Source: Lama glama (taxonomy: Eukaryota). From it: DNA of 64,000 bases. The translations under genes were made by a program, and so were the position numbers. The DNA is taken from contig CM052817.1 in the NCBI GenBank assembly GCA_028534125.1, positions 8,930,001 through 8,994,000 on the forward strand. The letters are read 5' to 3'. This document shows, piece by piece, positions 1 through 12,819 of the stretch. Each line of letters starts with the position of its first letter. The stretch's first letter is position 1. The notes below the pieces were generated by a model. That model ran no database searches, was not told the origin of the DNA, and saw nothing but the letters and a program-made list of their open reading frames with translations.

Positions 1-200
1 GGGCTGGGCTGCCTGCATTCAAATCCTACCACTCTCCTCTCTGTGTGATTTTAGACAAATTTCTTCACCTTTCTGTGCCTTCATTTTCTATAAAATGGGG
101 AGAGTTAAACATACCTTGAAAAGATGGTATGAAAATATAGTAACATCCAAAATAACAGCTGACACATAGAAAGTGTTCATTAAATATGAGCTATTATTAC
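1..200 (+). mobile_element. MIR SINE fragment
   Basis: MIR core-like text: ttcaaatcct...tgtgattttagacaaatttcttcacctttctgtgccttcattttctataaaatgggg...gacacatagaaagtgttcattaaatatgagctattatt. Confidence 0.65.
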
Positions 201-614
201 ATGCAAAGAATTGTGAAAAGTTTTGTCAGTTTATTTCTTAATAGTTATTTCTTAATAGTAATCTCGAGTAACCCTCGAGTAAGTAATAGGCATTAGGTAT
301 TATTCCTGAAAATGCTGTGATGGAGATTTTATATATATATATATAAAACACATATATACACACATATATATATATTACATAAATAATTTTTTGGTAAATT
401 TGAACCTCTATGTTTATCAATGGAACTGGACTGGAATTATATTCTTTGGAGTGTCTTTCACAAGTTCACAAGATTATGTTTGCCTCATAAAATGCTCTGA
501 TTTGTAATAATTTGGATAAATTATAACTTATAGATTCCTAAAGAGTTGTAAATCCACTATACAAATGCCTGGGGATTTTTGCTTTGAATTTATCACTTTG
601 AAAACCTTCAGTAC

Positions 615-1078
615 TTTTTTTATTGAGTTATAGTCATTTTACAGTGTTGTGTCAAATTCCAGTGTAGAGCACAATTTCTCAGTTACACATGAACATACAT
701 ATATTCATTGTCACATTTTTTTTGCTGTGAGCTACCACAAGATCTTGTATATATTTCCCTGTGCTATACAGTATAATCTTGTTTATCTATTCTACATATG
801 TCTTTCAGTATCTACAAATTTTGAACTCCCAATCTATCCCTTTCCACCCCTCTCCCCCTTGGCAACCAAAGTTTGTATTCTATGTCTATGAGTCTGTTTC
901 TGTTTTTCATTTATGTTCTTTTTTTTAGATTCCACATATGAGTGATCTCATATGGTATTTCTCTTTCTCTTTCTGGCTTGCTTCACTTAGAATGACATTC
1001 TCCAGGGACATCTATGTTGCTGCAAATAGCATTATGTTGTCATTTTTGTGGCTGAATAGTATTCCATTGTGTAAATAT
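615..1078 (-). mobile_element. Young camelid-type L1: end of ORF2 plus 3' UTR and A-tail
   Basis: Reverse complement reads tacacaatggaatactattcagcc...tgtggaatctaaaaaa...gactataactcaataaaaaaa; near-identical to the copies at 35554 and 53167. Confidence 0.9.
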
Positions 1079-1659
1079 TTCTGCACAGCAAAGGAAACCG
1101 TAAGTAAAACAAAACGACAGCCTATGGAGTGGGAGAAAAATTTTGCAAACAATGAAACCGACAAAGACTTGATCTCCAGAATACATAAGTAGCTCATATG
1201 ACTTAATAAGAAACAAACAAACAAACAATCCAAAAATGGGCAGAAGACCTAAAAAAGCAATTTTCCAAGGAAGAAATACAAATGATCAATAGGCACATGA
1301 AAAAATGCTCAATATCAATAATTTTCAGAGAAATGCAAACCAAAAGTACAATGAGGTATCACCTCACACCAGTCAGAATGCCCATCATTCAAAAGTCCAC
1401 AAATGACAAATGCTGGAGAGGCTATGGAGAAAAGGGAACCCTCCTTCACTGCTGGTGGGAATGCAGTTTGGTGCAGCCACTGTGGAAAACAGTATGGAGA
1501 TTCCTCAAAAGACTAGAAGTAGACTTACCGTATGACCCAGGAATCCCGCTCCTGGGCATATATCCAGAAGGAACCCTACTTCAGAAAGACACCTGCACCC
1601 CAATGTTCATAGCAGCACTATTTACAATAGCCAAGACATGGAAACAGACTAAATATCCA
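1079..1659 (+). mobile_element. Inverted 5' segment of the same L1 (ORF2 C-terminal region)
   Basis: Translates to L1 ORF2 C-terminal motifs (FCTAKET...[18 protein letters not shown]...CWRG...[21 protein letters not shown]...[12 protein letters not shown]...[12 protein letters not shown]). Confidence 0.92.
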
Positions 1660-2921
1660 CCTTCTGTGCATTTTTAATTTATTCTAACCACATTGGGAAG
1701 AAATAGATGGTGTCTAATTAGGTGGTATCATGCTTGGATCATTTGAAAGTTCCTTTGCCATGTAGTACCATGGAAAAGTTAAGCAGTAACATGCAACTTC
1801 ACCAGCAGGTATGGTCCTATATTTTTTGCCTGGCTGTATATATAGTTCCTGTTTTTCCTTTCACTGTGTATGTCGTACGGCCGTATCTAAGAATTCTAGT
1901 TTTCAGCTTTATTGATTTGGTGGGTGAAACTTTCTGATTTGAACATTAATTATTCAACTTTATTTTATTATTTCTTTCATTTCTCATCTTATTCTACACA
2001 TCACTGAGTTTCCCTCATGTCATGTTTTTATCATTTCCCTTGAGTAATGGAAGTATACTTGAATCAACTTCTCAAATACAGACATATTTACTTTTCCTGC
2101 AGAAACCAATTCTATCCACTATCTCCATCACTTCTCTCCTCAGGAAATTGTGTCTCTCAACTTTCTAAAATGCTGTGGTTTAAATCTTGCCATTTCATAA
2201 TCACTGTTGTTTCTGTGTTGACTCTATATCCCCTCAAATCTTATTGAGACTATGAAGGAGCAAATCCTAAAGAGAGATAGTTCATGTTTTTTGTTTTTTT
2301 AATACAATTTCTTTCCCCACCCCACTGACTTTTTGGAGTTCTTTTTCCTTCTCTTTTCACGACCTTAATTCCAGAAGAGAAATGTATTTAATATTTGGAG
2401 CTGACACTGCTGTCAAAGATGGTGCATATCTCTCTAGATAACATTCTGATTCTGACATTTGAAGTTAGAGATGATAAGGGAAAACTCGCTGCCTGGGAGT
2501 TTGAAGCCATGCATGTGTGACCTACTCTTGCTTGTCACTTCCCTTCTTTGAGATCCAAGTTTCTCTTCTAGCTGGACCATAGTAGTGTAAATGCCCTAAT
2601 GTCCCTCCCTCCTTCCTTCAAAAGACTGATCAATGGGATGAATCAGATTGATTTGACTTTTTTCCATTTATAGATTTGATATATTGTTGGGACTAGATAC
2701 AAGGAGATGTAAGTAAGTGTACTGCAGTAGGGAAATGAACTTTCTAGTAATGATTCTCTTTTACATGAGAGGTTTAGGAGCTCTGTTTCAGTGGACATTG
2801 CCTCATTTTCTTGACCTAACATGAGTACAAACCTTTGATACTCACACTGACAGCATCCTCCCCATTCACTGAGCACTACATCCCTGCTACCTGTGGTCTC
2901 TAGCATCCAAGAAGGTGAATG

Positions 2922-3067
2922 CAGTGCTGACTAATAAAGCAGCCACTAGCCATCATGAGCAGCCATTTAAATTTAACTTAATTAAAATTCAATATAATAA
3001 AAAATCCAATTTCTCAGTCTCATAAGTTACATTTCAAATGCTAAGTATCACATGTGGCTAGTGGCTA
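2922..3067 (-). mobile_element. MER3-like hAT DNA transposon, first part
   Basis: cagtgctg...agccactagcc...atttcaaatgctaagtatcacatgtggctagtggcta. Confidence 0.65.
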
Positions 3068-3700
3068 TGATAGCCAAGACATGGAAACAACCCAAATGCC
3101 CTTTAGAAGATGAATGGATAAAGGAAATGTAATATATACATATAATAGAATATTACTTAGCCTTAAAAAAGGAATAGAACCCTACCATTTGCAACACCAT
3201 GGATGAACCTGGAGGATATTATGCTAAGTGAAATAAGCCTGTCGCAGAAGGACAAATTCTGCATAAGTCTACTTATGTGAGTTATCTAAATTAGTCAAAC
3301 TCATAGAAGTGGAGAATAGAATGATGATTGCCAGGAGCCAAGAAGATAAGGGAATTGAGAGTTTTTATTCAATGGGTATAAATTTTAGTTATGCAAGTTA
3401 AATAATTTCTAGAGATCTAATGTGTAATATAGAGTCTGTAGTTAACAATGTGGTTTTGTGTACTTAAAAATTTCTTAAAAGTGTAAATCTGATATTGCGT
3501 TCTTATCACAAAGAGATAAAAAAGAAAGAGAGAAGAAGGAAAAGAAAAAATGACACAGGAAACTTTTGGAGGTGATGAACATATTTAATGCCTTGATCAT
3601 GATGTTGGTATCACAAGTATATGCCTATGTCCAAAATCATCTAGCTGCATGCCTTAAATGTACCTTTTTGATATACCAGTTATACCCTAATAAAACTGTT
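3068..3700 (+). mobile_element. Old L1 3' end (L1MA10/L1MB-like)
   Basis: atagccaagacatggaaacaacccaaatg...tatgctaagtgaaataagcc...ttttggaggtgatg...cagttataccctaataaaactgtt. Confidence 0.85.
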
Positions 3701-3764
3701 TGTTAGTGGAAAGTGTCTATTAGAATTTTCTTACCATCTCAGGAAGTACTTTTGGATGTGCTAG
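3701..3764 (-). mobile_element. MER3-like element, remainder after the L1 insertion
   Basis: tagtggaaagtgtctattagaattttcttaccatctcaggaagtacttttggatgtgctag resembles the continuation of the MER3 reverse strand. Confidence 0.45.
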
Positions 3765-4339
3765 GTTAGAGTAGTAAGTTTTAAACTCTCACCACCAACT
3801 TGACCTCAGCCCAGCCAGCACCCCAGCTCCTGCTCTTATATCCTATGGATTTTAGTGGGCTCATAATGGGCACATCTCCCACCTACTCTCCAGGTGAGCT
3901 TCTATATACTTCCCAGGTAATCTGGTAGAAACCCCTGGAAGCTTGTGCCAAGTGGATAGTCCTCTTACCTTATTTACTTATCTCATAAAGATCTCATTCT
4001 ATTTTAACAGGAACTAAAGCTGAAAAAAACAGTTACCTTAAACTCTGCACCTAAGGGCCCTGGAGGTAATACTTCATCCTACAAATTAGTCTGCATGGGA
4101 GGAAGAGGGCACATCAGGACTGACAGCCAAATCATCTTGCTGAGCTAGATGAGAAACCTGGAGTTCAAAGAAGGGTCATGACCAAGGCAGGGCAAGTCTG
4201 GGTTGTGAAGGCAGAGTCCAAACTCCCAGCCAGTGTGTCTTTCCTGTGCCATGTCAGGCTGAAGAGACAGGCTGGGACTACATGTTTCAAAGCTCAACTG
4301 TCCCATCTGCAATTTAAATGATGTGAGAAATCCATCATA

Positions 4340-4560
4340 ATAATGATAATATTAATAAAATATGTCACTTTATTCTTTGCAAAGTACTTTCACATCTATT
4401 ATGCCATCTAATCCTTAATACAATCTAGCAAGGTAATAAAGGCAGGCAAGACTCCCCCAGCTTTATGGAAGAGTGACTGAGTCTCAGAGAGAGTGTGAGA
4501 ATTGTTCAAGATCATGTAACAATTAAAGGATTATAGAGTCAAAGCCAACATCTTGTCTTT
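4340..4560 (-). mobile_element. MIR fragment
   Basis: actttcacatctattat...taatccttaatacaatctagcaaggta...gactgagtctcagagag...ttgttcaagatcat. Confidence 0.55.
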
Positions 4561-4967
4561 ATAAAGAAGAAAGACTGGGATAACAGAGGGAAAGGGAGAA
4601 CAGGAAGGGATAAGAAAAGGATTTAAAAGAATCTAGGAATTAAGGACTGGAAGAATTAAAAATGCCAAACCAAGGAATTCCGCATTTGAAAGCTCAGAAA
4701 TGAAAACAAGTCAAGAGGCAGATGAATGGCCAGGATGGGTAAAGACATCCTAAAAAGTGGAAAGAAGAGAAAATCACCTCACTGAATTTGGCAAAATCTT
4801 CATTTTTGTTGTCTTCCATGTGCACACTGGAGGCAGATATGGGTCTAATAAGCATCTAGCAATGAATCCAATATAAAGACTATCTAGAAGATTCTCCTTC
4901 CTAGGTTTTCGTTTAGCTTTCTTGAAGGCATTTAGGAAAGAGAAAGAGTGAGGACATTTCCCTAAAC

Positions 4968-5174
4968 CAGTGGTTCTTAACTGGGGGAGATTTGCTTCCA
5001 GGGGAAACGTCTGGAGACATTTTTGATGCTCAAGACTTGAGGGAAGGTGCTACTGGCATCTAATGGGTGGAGGCCAGGGATGTTACTAAACACCCTGCAG
5101 TGCACAGGGAAGTCCTCCACAATGGTGGATTATCCAGCCCAAAATGTCAATAGTGCCAAATTTGAGAAACTCTA
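4968..5174 (+). mobile_element. MER20 (hAT-Charlie) DNA transposon
   Basis: cagtggttcttaactgggg...tgctactggcatctaatgggtggaggccagggatg...ccagcccaaaatgtcaatagtgccaa...tgagaaac; 8-bp TSD ccctaaac/tcctaaac. Confidence 0.85.
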
Positions 5175-6299
5175 TCCTAAACCGACAAAACCAGTATTGT
5201 GGCTAGAGGACGCCTCTGAAGCTCTAAATTCTGGCTAAGCTCATGCCGTCCCTGACTGTCTGAGGCAGAGTCTTCAAAAAAGAGGACAGAGGATGACACT
5301 GAGGACAATGACGTCCTTTCCCCAGCAACCTGGCCGTAGCAGCCCTTGAGAACTGGTGTCCCTACAGAATCAATTGATGCACATTCTCAGAAAGAATGCG
5401 ACCCTTCAATCCAGTGCTGAGATTAGGGTCCTGGAGCTGGGGGTGAGGAGTAATTTTAATACAGAGAATGTCCTTGAGAAAGTGGAGGGGACTGCATGGG
5501 TCTGAAGCTCCTGTGGTGAAAGCACTGTGATTCCAGAAGAGGCTTGATTTGGGAGTCAGAACAGTCATCTCTTTCTCACTGTGCCCAAATAACCTAGGTG
5601 CTATGAGGTGGGTTAAAAGGTACCAGGTTGGGGAGCAGATAAGCTAGGAATCAGTCCCTGCCTATCTCTTACTATTTTTGTGGCCTCCAATAACTCCCCT
5701 AGCCACTTTTGTTTTTTTTTCCTAGATAAGTTGAACATCATAATGGCAAGACAATTTTCAGGGGAACTTGAAGGATGGGAAGTCACATAGTTCATGCAAC
5801 TAATTCACTGTGACTGTGAGTCCCATGAATTTTTCACTCTCCCCTTTCACTGAGCCAAGGGTTCCTTACCGATAAAGTCAAATCCTTGAGCCAATTCCTT
5901 TCCAAAATCCTTTCTAGCCTGAGAAATCTGAAATGTTGTGAGGCTTTCCTGGAACTGTCAGGCTTCTGGGCTGCTGATATTTATCATTGTCATTCAAAGA
6001 ATGAGAGCTGTCCATCTTCTTAGGTGATAGATTTTTCTATTGTTTTTGAAATTTTGCCCTACTCCGATTTGCAAGCTCTGATGCCAGCCACCACACCTAA
6101 CTCAGGCATGATCTGAACCTGACAACTGTTTACATCACCCTAGCCTATCTCAGGTCTGGGGGGAGCACACAGATCTCTCTGTTACAACGACATCAGAGGC
6201 TGCCAGCTGAGTACCTGGAGTATTTCTAATAGGAAGAAATTGTGTAACAGGAAAGAAGTGGATGATTTATTATAGGAGAATAATCTTAGTAGAATGAAG

Positions 6300-7300
6300 T
6301 TTTCACTTTGAAATTTAACACAGGTAATTATTTTTATTAAAGAAAATGCACATAAGTAAAAAGAAGAAAATGAAACGGTCCATAATTCTACCATCTAGAG
6401 GTCACTAATATAATATTTAGGTATAATTCACTCCAAGTGGTAGATAAGTCATACTGTGCAGTTCCATAATCTGCATTTTCCCTTAGCAATATATCATGAA
6501 CATTTTCTAGGTCAATTCATATAGCCCTGCTCTCACCTTTTAAATGGTTGCAGGTTGTGCTTTTCCGGAATATGCAGTAATTAATTTATCTAGTCTATAT
6601 TGGTGGCATTTGAGTTCTAATTTTTAGCTATCATCAACTATATGAAAAAAATACCCTGTATCTACATCTTTCTATTTTTGTCCAATCATCAACTTAGAAT
6701 AAATTCCCATGAAAGTGGAAACTCCATGTGAAAAAGAGGGAGACTTAAAAATTATGTTCATCTTTTTATCTCCAGTGTCTTTAACTATAGTATCTGGCAT
6801 ATAATACAACCTCAATGTGTATTTTTTGACTGAATAAACATTTTGAAGTAGAATTACTGAGTCAGAGAGTATGCATATTTTAACATACATTGTCAAGTTG
6901 CATACAAATATATAATCCCATCAACAATGTCTGGGGGTGCCTGCTTTTCTTTGCTCTTGCCAGTATTGGAAATCATCATTTCAACCTTTGTCAAAATAAT
7001 AGGCAAATGATCATCTCACTTTACTCTTCTCTTAGATTTTGTATGGTATGAAATTTATTTACTTATGTTATTCACCCTATATATTTTTTATTTCTTCATG
7101 TTCTTTGCCCATTTTGAAGTTTTTGTCTTTTTCATATTTATTTGTAAGTACTCTATGTATTTAGGATATATTGACACTCTGTTTGCCCTTGACATGTTAA
7201 AGACATCTTACTTGCCGCTATCTGACTTTTAACTTTATTTATCATGTATTTCTTATACATATACACACATTGTTTGAGCTAAAATATTTTCATCTATTTC
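6300..7300 (-). mobile_element. Highly decayed ancient L1 (L1ME-like) fragments
   Basis: T-rich antisense L1 3' text (gaataaattcc...gaattactgagtcagagagtatgcatattttaa...atcccatcaacaatgt...ctttgcccatttt). Confidence 0.55.
6735..6845 (+). mobile_element. L2 3' end fragment
   Basis: tatctccagtgtct...tagtatctggcatataatacaacctcaatgtgtattttttgactgaataaa. Confidence 0.5.
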
Positions 7301-7312
7301 TTTGTGCTTGAG

Positions 7313-7607
7313 GAGAGAGTTGCACAAACTCAAATGCCTTCAGGACCAGACAGGTAACAGAAATGTGTAAAAGGACTATGTGTATGACCATCTAATATTT
7401 TGATTCTGAGACAAAGCATAAATAGTTTGCATTTGGGAATCCCATTTCAATTTTTTTTTCTTTCCTTCCTTCCTTCCTTCCTTCCTCCCTCTTTCTACTC
7501 TCCCCTCCCCCACTCTCTCTTTCCTTCTATGTTGAAATTCTCTTGGCCAAGCTGAATGCACCTGTGGACAGGATTTGAGTCAGGCATCATAAGCTTGTGA
7601 CATCTGC
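7313..7607 (-). mobile_element. MER102-like hAT element with an internal (TTCC)n tract
   Basis: Terminus caaactcaaatgccttcaggaccagacaggtaac; other end ggccaagc...gcttgtgacatctg; (TTCC)n at about 7462-7486. Confidence 0.5.
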
Positions 7608-8589
7608 TCTCATGACTCCTTGGGTTTCTGCCCAATTTTACCCAATACAGGACTGGGAGATTAGATGCCAATACTGATACAGATATTGATCTAGATATAG
7701 ATATATCCACATCATCGTGATGCATTTTTTAATATCTGTCTCTTTTTAGATTCATACTTTAAATTCATCTGAAATCCATTTTAAAGGACAGTGTGATAGA
7801 TGGATTTGACTTTGGTTTCTAAATGAATAGCCATTTGTCTCAATACCATTTTTTGAAGTTTCCCTTTTCCCCCAGGAATTCTAAAGGCCCGTTGTTACTA
7901 TATACCAATTTCTTATTTAAATAAAAATCTGTTGCTGTGTGTTCTGTCCTTTCCTGTCAATTTCTCTCTCTAACTTTGTCCCTTCCACTGTGTCTCTGTT
8001 AACTCTGCTGTATCTCTATAGGCGATCTTTAGTACAGCAACCCCTTAAGTCACCTTACGCAACTCCCCAGATCATTATATTTTTTCACAGAAGCATACTG
8101 GGTATTTTTATGCATGTTATTTCTCCAGATAAACAATTTGTCAAGTGGAAATTTTTACTAGAATAGGGCTAAATCTGTATTTCTGAAGAACTAACAGCAG
8201 AAACTGAGGTTTTTTTTTTAATCTGGTAACATTACATATAACGATTAAATTTTCTCTCATGCACTTGGATACAGTTTTGTAGTTTTATTCACCAAAGTCA
8301 AAATCTTGCACCTTTCTTGTTAATTTATAACTAGGTATTTAAAATTATATTGTTATTTAAAATAAGATATATATATATAGAGAGAGAGAAATACATACAT
8401 ATGAATTACAAGAATGAATATAGGTATAAATATGCACACACACATACACAACCACAATTTTATTGCATTTTCTGTAACCTTCTCAAAATGTTAAATATCA
8501 GTATTGATACCAGTCACCTTTCCCTAGGATCTTATACTGGATTTTAGTGACAGTGTTTGTAATACTCATAAAGGCTTATTGCATAGTAA

Positions 8590-8830
8590 ATCCTACTTTT
8601 AAGCCAGTCTGGCTGAGTTCAAATGACAGCTCCATTGTTTCATAATGTATGATCTTGGCAAAGTTGCATCACCTCTCTTTTCCTCAATTTTTTTTTAATC
8701 TGTGAAAAGAGAAAAGCAATATTACCTACCTAGAGGTGTTTTGAGGAGTAAGTAAGCTAATTAATATATGGAGAAGTACTTAGAGCAGTTCCTGGCACGT
8801 AGCAAATGCTCGGTGCTAGAATTCATTAGT
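8590..8830 (+). mobile_element. MIR
   Basis: gagttcaaatgacagctcc...tgatcttggcaaagttgcatcacctctct...cttagagcagttcctggcacgtagcaaatgctc. Confidence 0.7.
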
Positions 8831-9495
8831 AAGCCTGATATTCACTGTTAGATTCTAATACCTACTTTATCATGCTGGGGATTTTTTTCCCGCCATGATT
8901 AATCTACTATAGGATTTTGAAAATCAATAATAGATATCTAATTTTATTAATAGACATCCAGCAACCTATCAGGAAGTTCAAAACTACTTTTGTCTTTTCT
9001 TTCCTTTTGCAATAAATGTCAGTAATAATTACTTAATGTTGAAACAAACTTGAGTCCTCAGAAAAGATCCTTCTTTGATGTATAGATTATTCTTTTAACA
9101 CACCATTAGTTTCAGTTTGTTGTTATCTTTTGTGATTATTGTGCTGTTCATATATTTTACTTCTTTGTGATTCAATTTTGTCATACAAATTATCCTAGAA
9201 AATTATCTGTTGTGTTGACCTATTCAAATTTGCTAGCATAAAATTGTAACTATAAATCTCTTATAATTCATAAACTTCCTGCCCATATATATATAATTTC
9301 CCATTTTAAAATTTCTGCAACTATATACTTATGTTTTCTGTTTTGAATAAACTTTTAAAATGTGTTTATTTTATAAGTTATTTATAAAATAACTGGAAGA
9401 ATGAGTATTTTACAGTACAAAAAATCTCTCTCTATATATATAAAATCATAAAATATATTCAGTGAATTCAATTCCTTCTATCTTCCACCCTACCT

Positions 9496-9915
9496 GCATT
9501 AGTTAGATATTGCTGTGTAACAAATCAGTTAAATTAAAATTCAGTGACTGAACACAATAAGTATTATTATTTTTCAGCAGTCTGGATCAGCTGGGCCACT
9601 CTTCCAGTCTGGGTTGGGTGAAGCTAATTGTGGCTGGTATTGCTGATGGGAAAGCTATCATCTATTGGTTTAGGTGGGGACTGGCTGGACTAACACAGAC
9701 TCAGCAAGGCTTGTTCACATAGTGGTCACAGTGGCCAAATGAAAGATAAAAAATGAGCAAGGTTTTTTTAGGCCTGGCCTTGGAACTTGCAAGACATCAC
9801 TGTTGCCACATTCTAGAAGTCAAAGCGAGTTAAAAAAAATGTAGCCAAAATTCAGGTGAAAGGGAAAGTTTTCCTGGCTTGGTTGGAGGAGCTGTAAATT
9901 TGCATTGCAAGTAGA
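9496..9915 (-). mobile_element. MLT1 (ERVL-MaLR) solo LTR, MLT1H-like
   Basis: tgcattagttagatattgctgtgtaacaaa...ttcagtgactgaacacaataag...cactgttgccacattcta...gtcaaagc. Confidence 0.7.
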
Positions 9916-9986
9916 AGAAAACAATTCCAGACATTTTGGCAATAGATCTATTGCATTAAGTAATGAAGAAATGACTCATGTCGTAT

Positions 9987-9993
9987 ACACACA

Positions 9994-10030
<37 letters not shown>
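9987..10030. repeat. (AC)n microsatellite; pure (AC)18 at 9995-10030
   Basis: Read directly from the sequence. Confidence 0.98.
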
Positions 10031-10032
<2 letters not shown>

Positions 10033-10191
10033 CTTATGCAGGCTTGAGTATCTGAGATTATCTGTAAAATGCCTCATTGTTTTCCCACACAGTTTAGCGT
10101 CATCCATCCTGGAAGTCCACTTATTGCTTTTATACATTGTTTTTTCAGTCTTACATGCCCCTTATATGTTTCTCAAAAAGTTACATGTGGA

Positions 10192-12428
10192 GACTTCCAC
10201 TTCTGGAAAGATGGAGTAGATGTAATTTTTCCTATTTCTCCTGCTAAGTACAATAAAAAACAAAATATTTGTGTTTAAATCTAGCAAAATATGTGCAGAA
10301 CTTGTATGTTGAAAACTAAAAAGTACTGATAAAATAAATCAAAGAAGTTTTTATAAATGGAGAGTCACTCTGTGCTCATGGATTAAAAGACAACATAGTA
10401 AAAGTGCCAGTCCACCCCAAATTGATGCCCAAGTTTAACATAATTCTTATCAAGACTTTTTATAGATACAGACAAGATTATTCTTACCTTTACATGAAAT
10501 GGCAAAAGAGCTAGAATGGATACATTAATTCTGAAGAAAAAAATAAAATAAGATTAGTCACTCTCCTCAACTTTTCAAGACTTATTATATAGCTACAGCA
10601 ATCAAGATTTGGTGGTTTGTGGAGAGACAGGTATATATAGGTCATTAGAATAGAACAAAGAAAACCAAGAGATAGCCTCTCATAAGTACAGCCATCTGAT
10701 ATTTAATACTCAGCTTGTAAGACAGACTATTAATATCTTAAATATATAAAGAGTAATCACAAAAGCAAGACAAAAAAGCAATTAAATGGAGGAGGGATAG
10801 CCTTTTTAACAGGAGGGACAATTGGACATTCATAGGCTTAAAAAAAAGACCTTTGAACTAAACCTCATACATTTTCAACAACAAAAAAAACCCAAAACAC
10901 TCAAAATAGATTATAGGCTTTTAATGTAAATCATTAAAAAAAATTTGGAAGACATTATAAGGGAAAATCTGGGACCTAGGGTTTGGTGAAGAATTCTTAG
11001 ACATGACACCAAAAGCAGACTACACTTTAAAAAATTAATAAACTGGACTTCACAAAATTAGAAATGTTTGCTCCGTGAAACTTCTGTTGAGAGAATAAAA
11101 TGACAAGCTACAGACTGGAAAAAATATTTGCAAACTACATATCTTACAATGGACTTATATCTAGAATATGTAAATAACTCTCAAAGCTCAACTTTGGAAA
11201 ACAAACTACCCCAATTAGAAAATGGGCAAAAGACATATCTTCATCAAAGGAGATACACAGAAAAATAAGGACATAAAGATGTTCAACATCACTAGCCATT
11301 AGGGAAATGCAAATTAAGACCATAGTGAGATACCATTGCACACCTACTAGAATAACTGAAATTAAAAATATAGTGACAGTGCCAAGTGCTGGTGAGCATG
11401 CATTTAAAGTAGACTTTTCATAAATTTCTGGTGTGAGTATAAAATGGTACAATCACTCTTGAAAAGAGCTTACAGTTTCTAAAAATACTAAATGTACACG
11501 AACCCTATGATCCAGCAGTTACACACTTGGGCATTTTACCTAGAGAATAAAAACTTATATCCAAAGACCTGTACATGATTGTTTATAGCATCTTTGTTTA
11601 CAAGATTTTAAATTCATGTGTTGAAACCCTAATCCTCAGTGTGATGGTATTTAAAGATACAGCCTTTCAGAAGTAATTAGGTCATAATGGTGGAGCCCTT
11701 ATGATGATATTATTTCCCTTTTAACAAGAGAGCAGAGATACATTTCCTTTCTCTGTTGTATGAGGATTCAGCAAGAAGGCACCCATCTGCAAACTAGGAA
11801 GGTAGCTGTCACCAGACATCTCAGATATCATATAGGCTGGCACCATATAACTGTGAGAAATAAATTTCTGTTAGTTAAGTCATCTAATCTATGGTATTAT
11901 GTTACAGCAGCCTGAGCAGACCAAGACACCATGAATACTACTCAGCATTGAAAAGAAGAGAACAATTGATACATGGAACAACTTGGATGAACCTCAAGGT
12001 TATTATGCTGAGTGAAAAAATAAAAGCCAATTGTAAGATCATATACTGTATAATTTCCTTTATATAGCATTCTTAAAATGACATAATTATACAAATGGAA
12101 AACAGCGGTTGTCAGGGGTTAGGGATCTTAGAGGAGAGGAGGGGTTAGGGTAGACGTGACTTAATAGAAGTAGCATGATGAAGATCTCTGTGGTGGTGAG
12201 ATAATTCTGTATCTTGATTTCTGTGGTAGTTATACAAGTCTACACATGTGATTAAATGACAAAATTACATGCACATACAGCTCTGATATAAAATTATTGG
12301 TTTTGATATTATGTGATAATTATATACGATGTTACCATGGAAAATCTGGGTGAAGGGTACAGGGGTCTTTTCTGTATTACCTTTGCAACTTCCTGTGAAT
12401 CAGTAATTATTTCAAAATGAAGAGGTTA
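10192..12428 (+). mobile_element. Old L1 (L1MD-like): short 5'-end-like piece joined to late ORF2 and 3' UTR
   Basis: gacttccacttctggaaagatggagtag (5'-end-like); decayed ORF2 text 10263-11600; 3' UTR ending tttgcaacttcctgtgaatcagtaattatttcaaaat. Confidence 0.85.
11600..11928 (+). mobile_element. MLT1A-type solo LTR inserted in the L1
   Basis: aaattcatgtgttgaaaccctaatcc...aactgtgagaaataaatttctgtt...tatggtattatgttacagcagcctgagcagaccaagaca. Confidence 0.85.
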
Positions 12429-12819
12429 TAATTTTTTTTTGAACCTTGACTCATTAGCGCTGAGAATGGCTGGCTGGCTGACCTTGCAGCTCTCATCTTC
12501 TTCCAGAAACTTGCTATGTTTGCTCTATGGAGAGCAGCACCATTCTTCTCCAGTAGCCATATTCTCTTCCTACTGTGATTATGAGATAGGTTCTAAAGTC
12601 ACTTTGGAGCACAGAGTCTTTTATGTTTGGACTCTAAGCCAACAGCAAATCTACCATCTTCTCAATGAATGCACCTTCATATGATAACACCATTAATGAG
12701 CCCACTTGGAAGTAACACACAGTGTGTAACTGTTCAATTACATCAGGTCTCATTTTGTATAGATTATACTACAGCTTGATGCCAAAACTCATGTTCTTTT
12801 CCTCTTGTGGTTTGGCATG

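Noticed and set aside
649..891. Near-identical ORFs at 649-891 (+) and 35548-35733 (-) suggesting a duplicated small gene
   Set aside because: Both are antisense readings of the same young L1 3' UTR.
1282..1677. 131-aa ORF with clear protein motifs
   Set aside because: It is the C-terminal part of L1 ORF2 in a truncated, inverted insertion, not a host gene.
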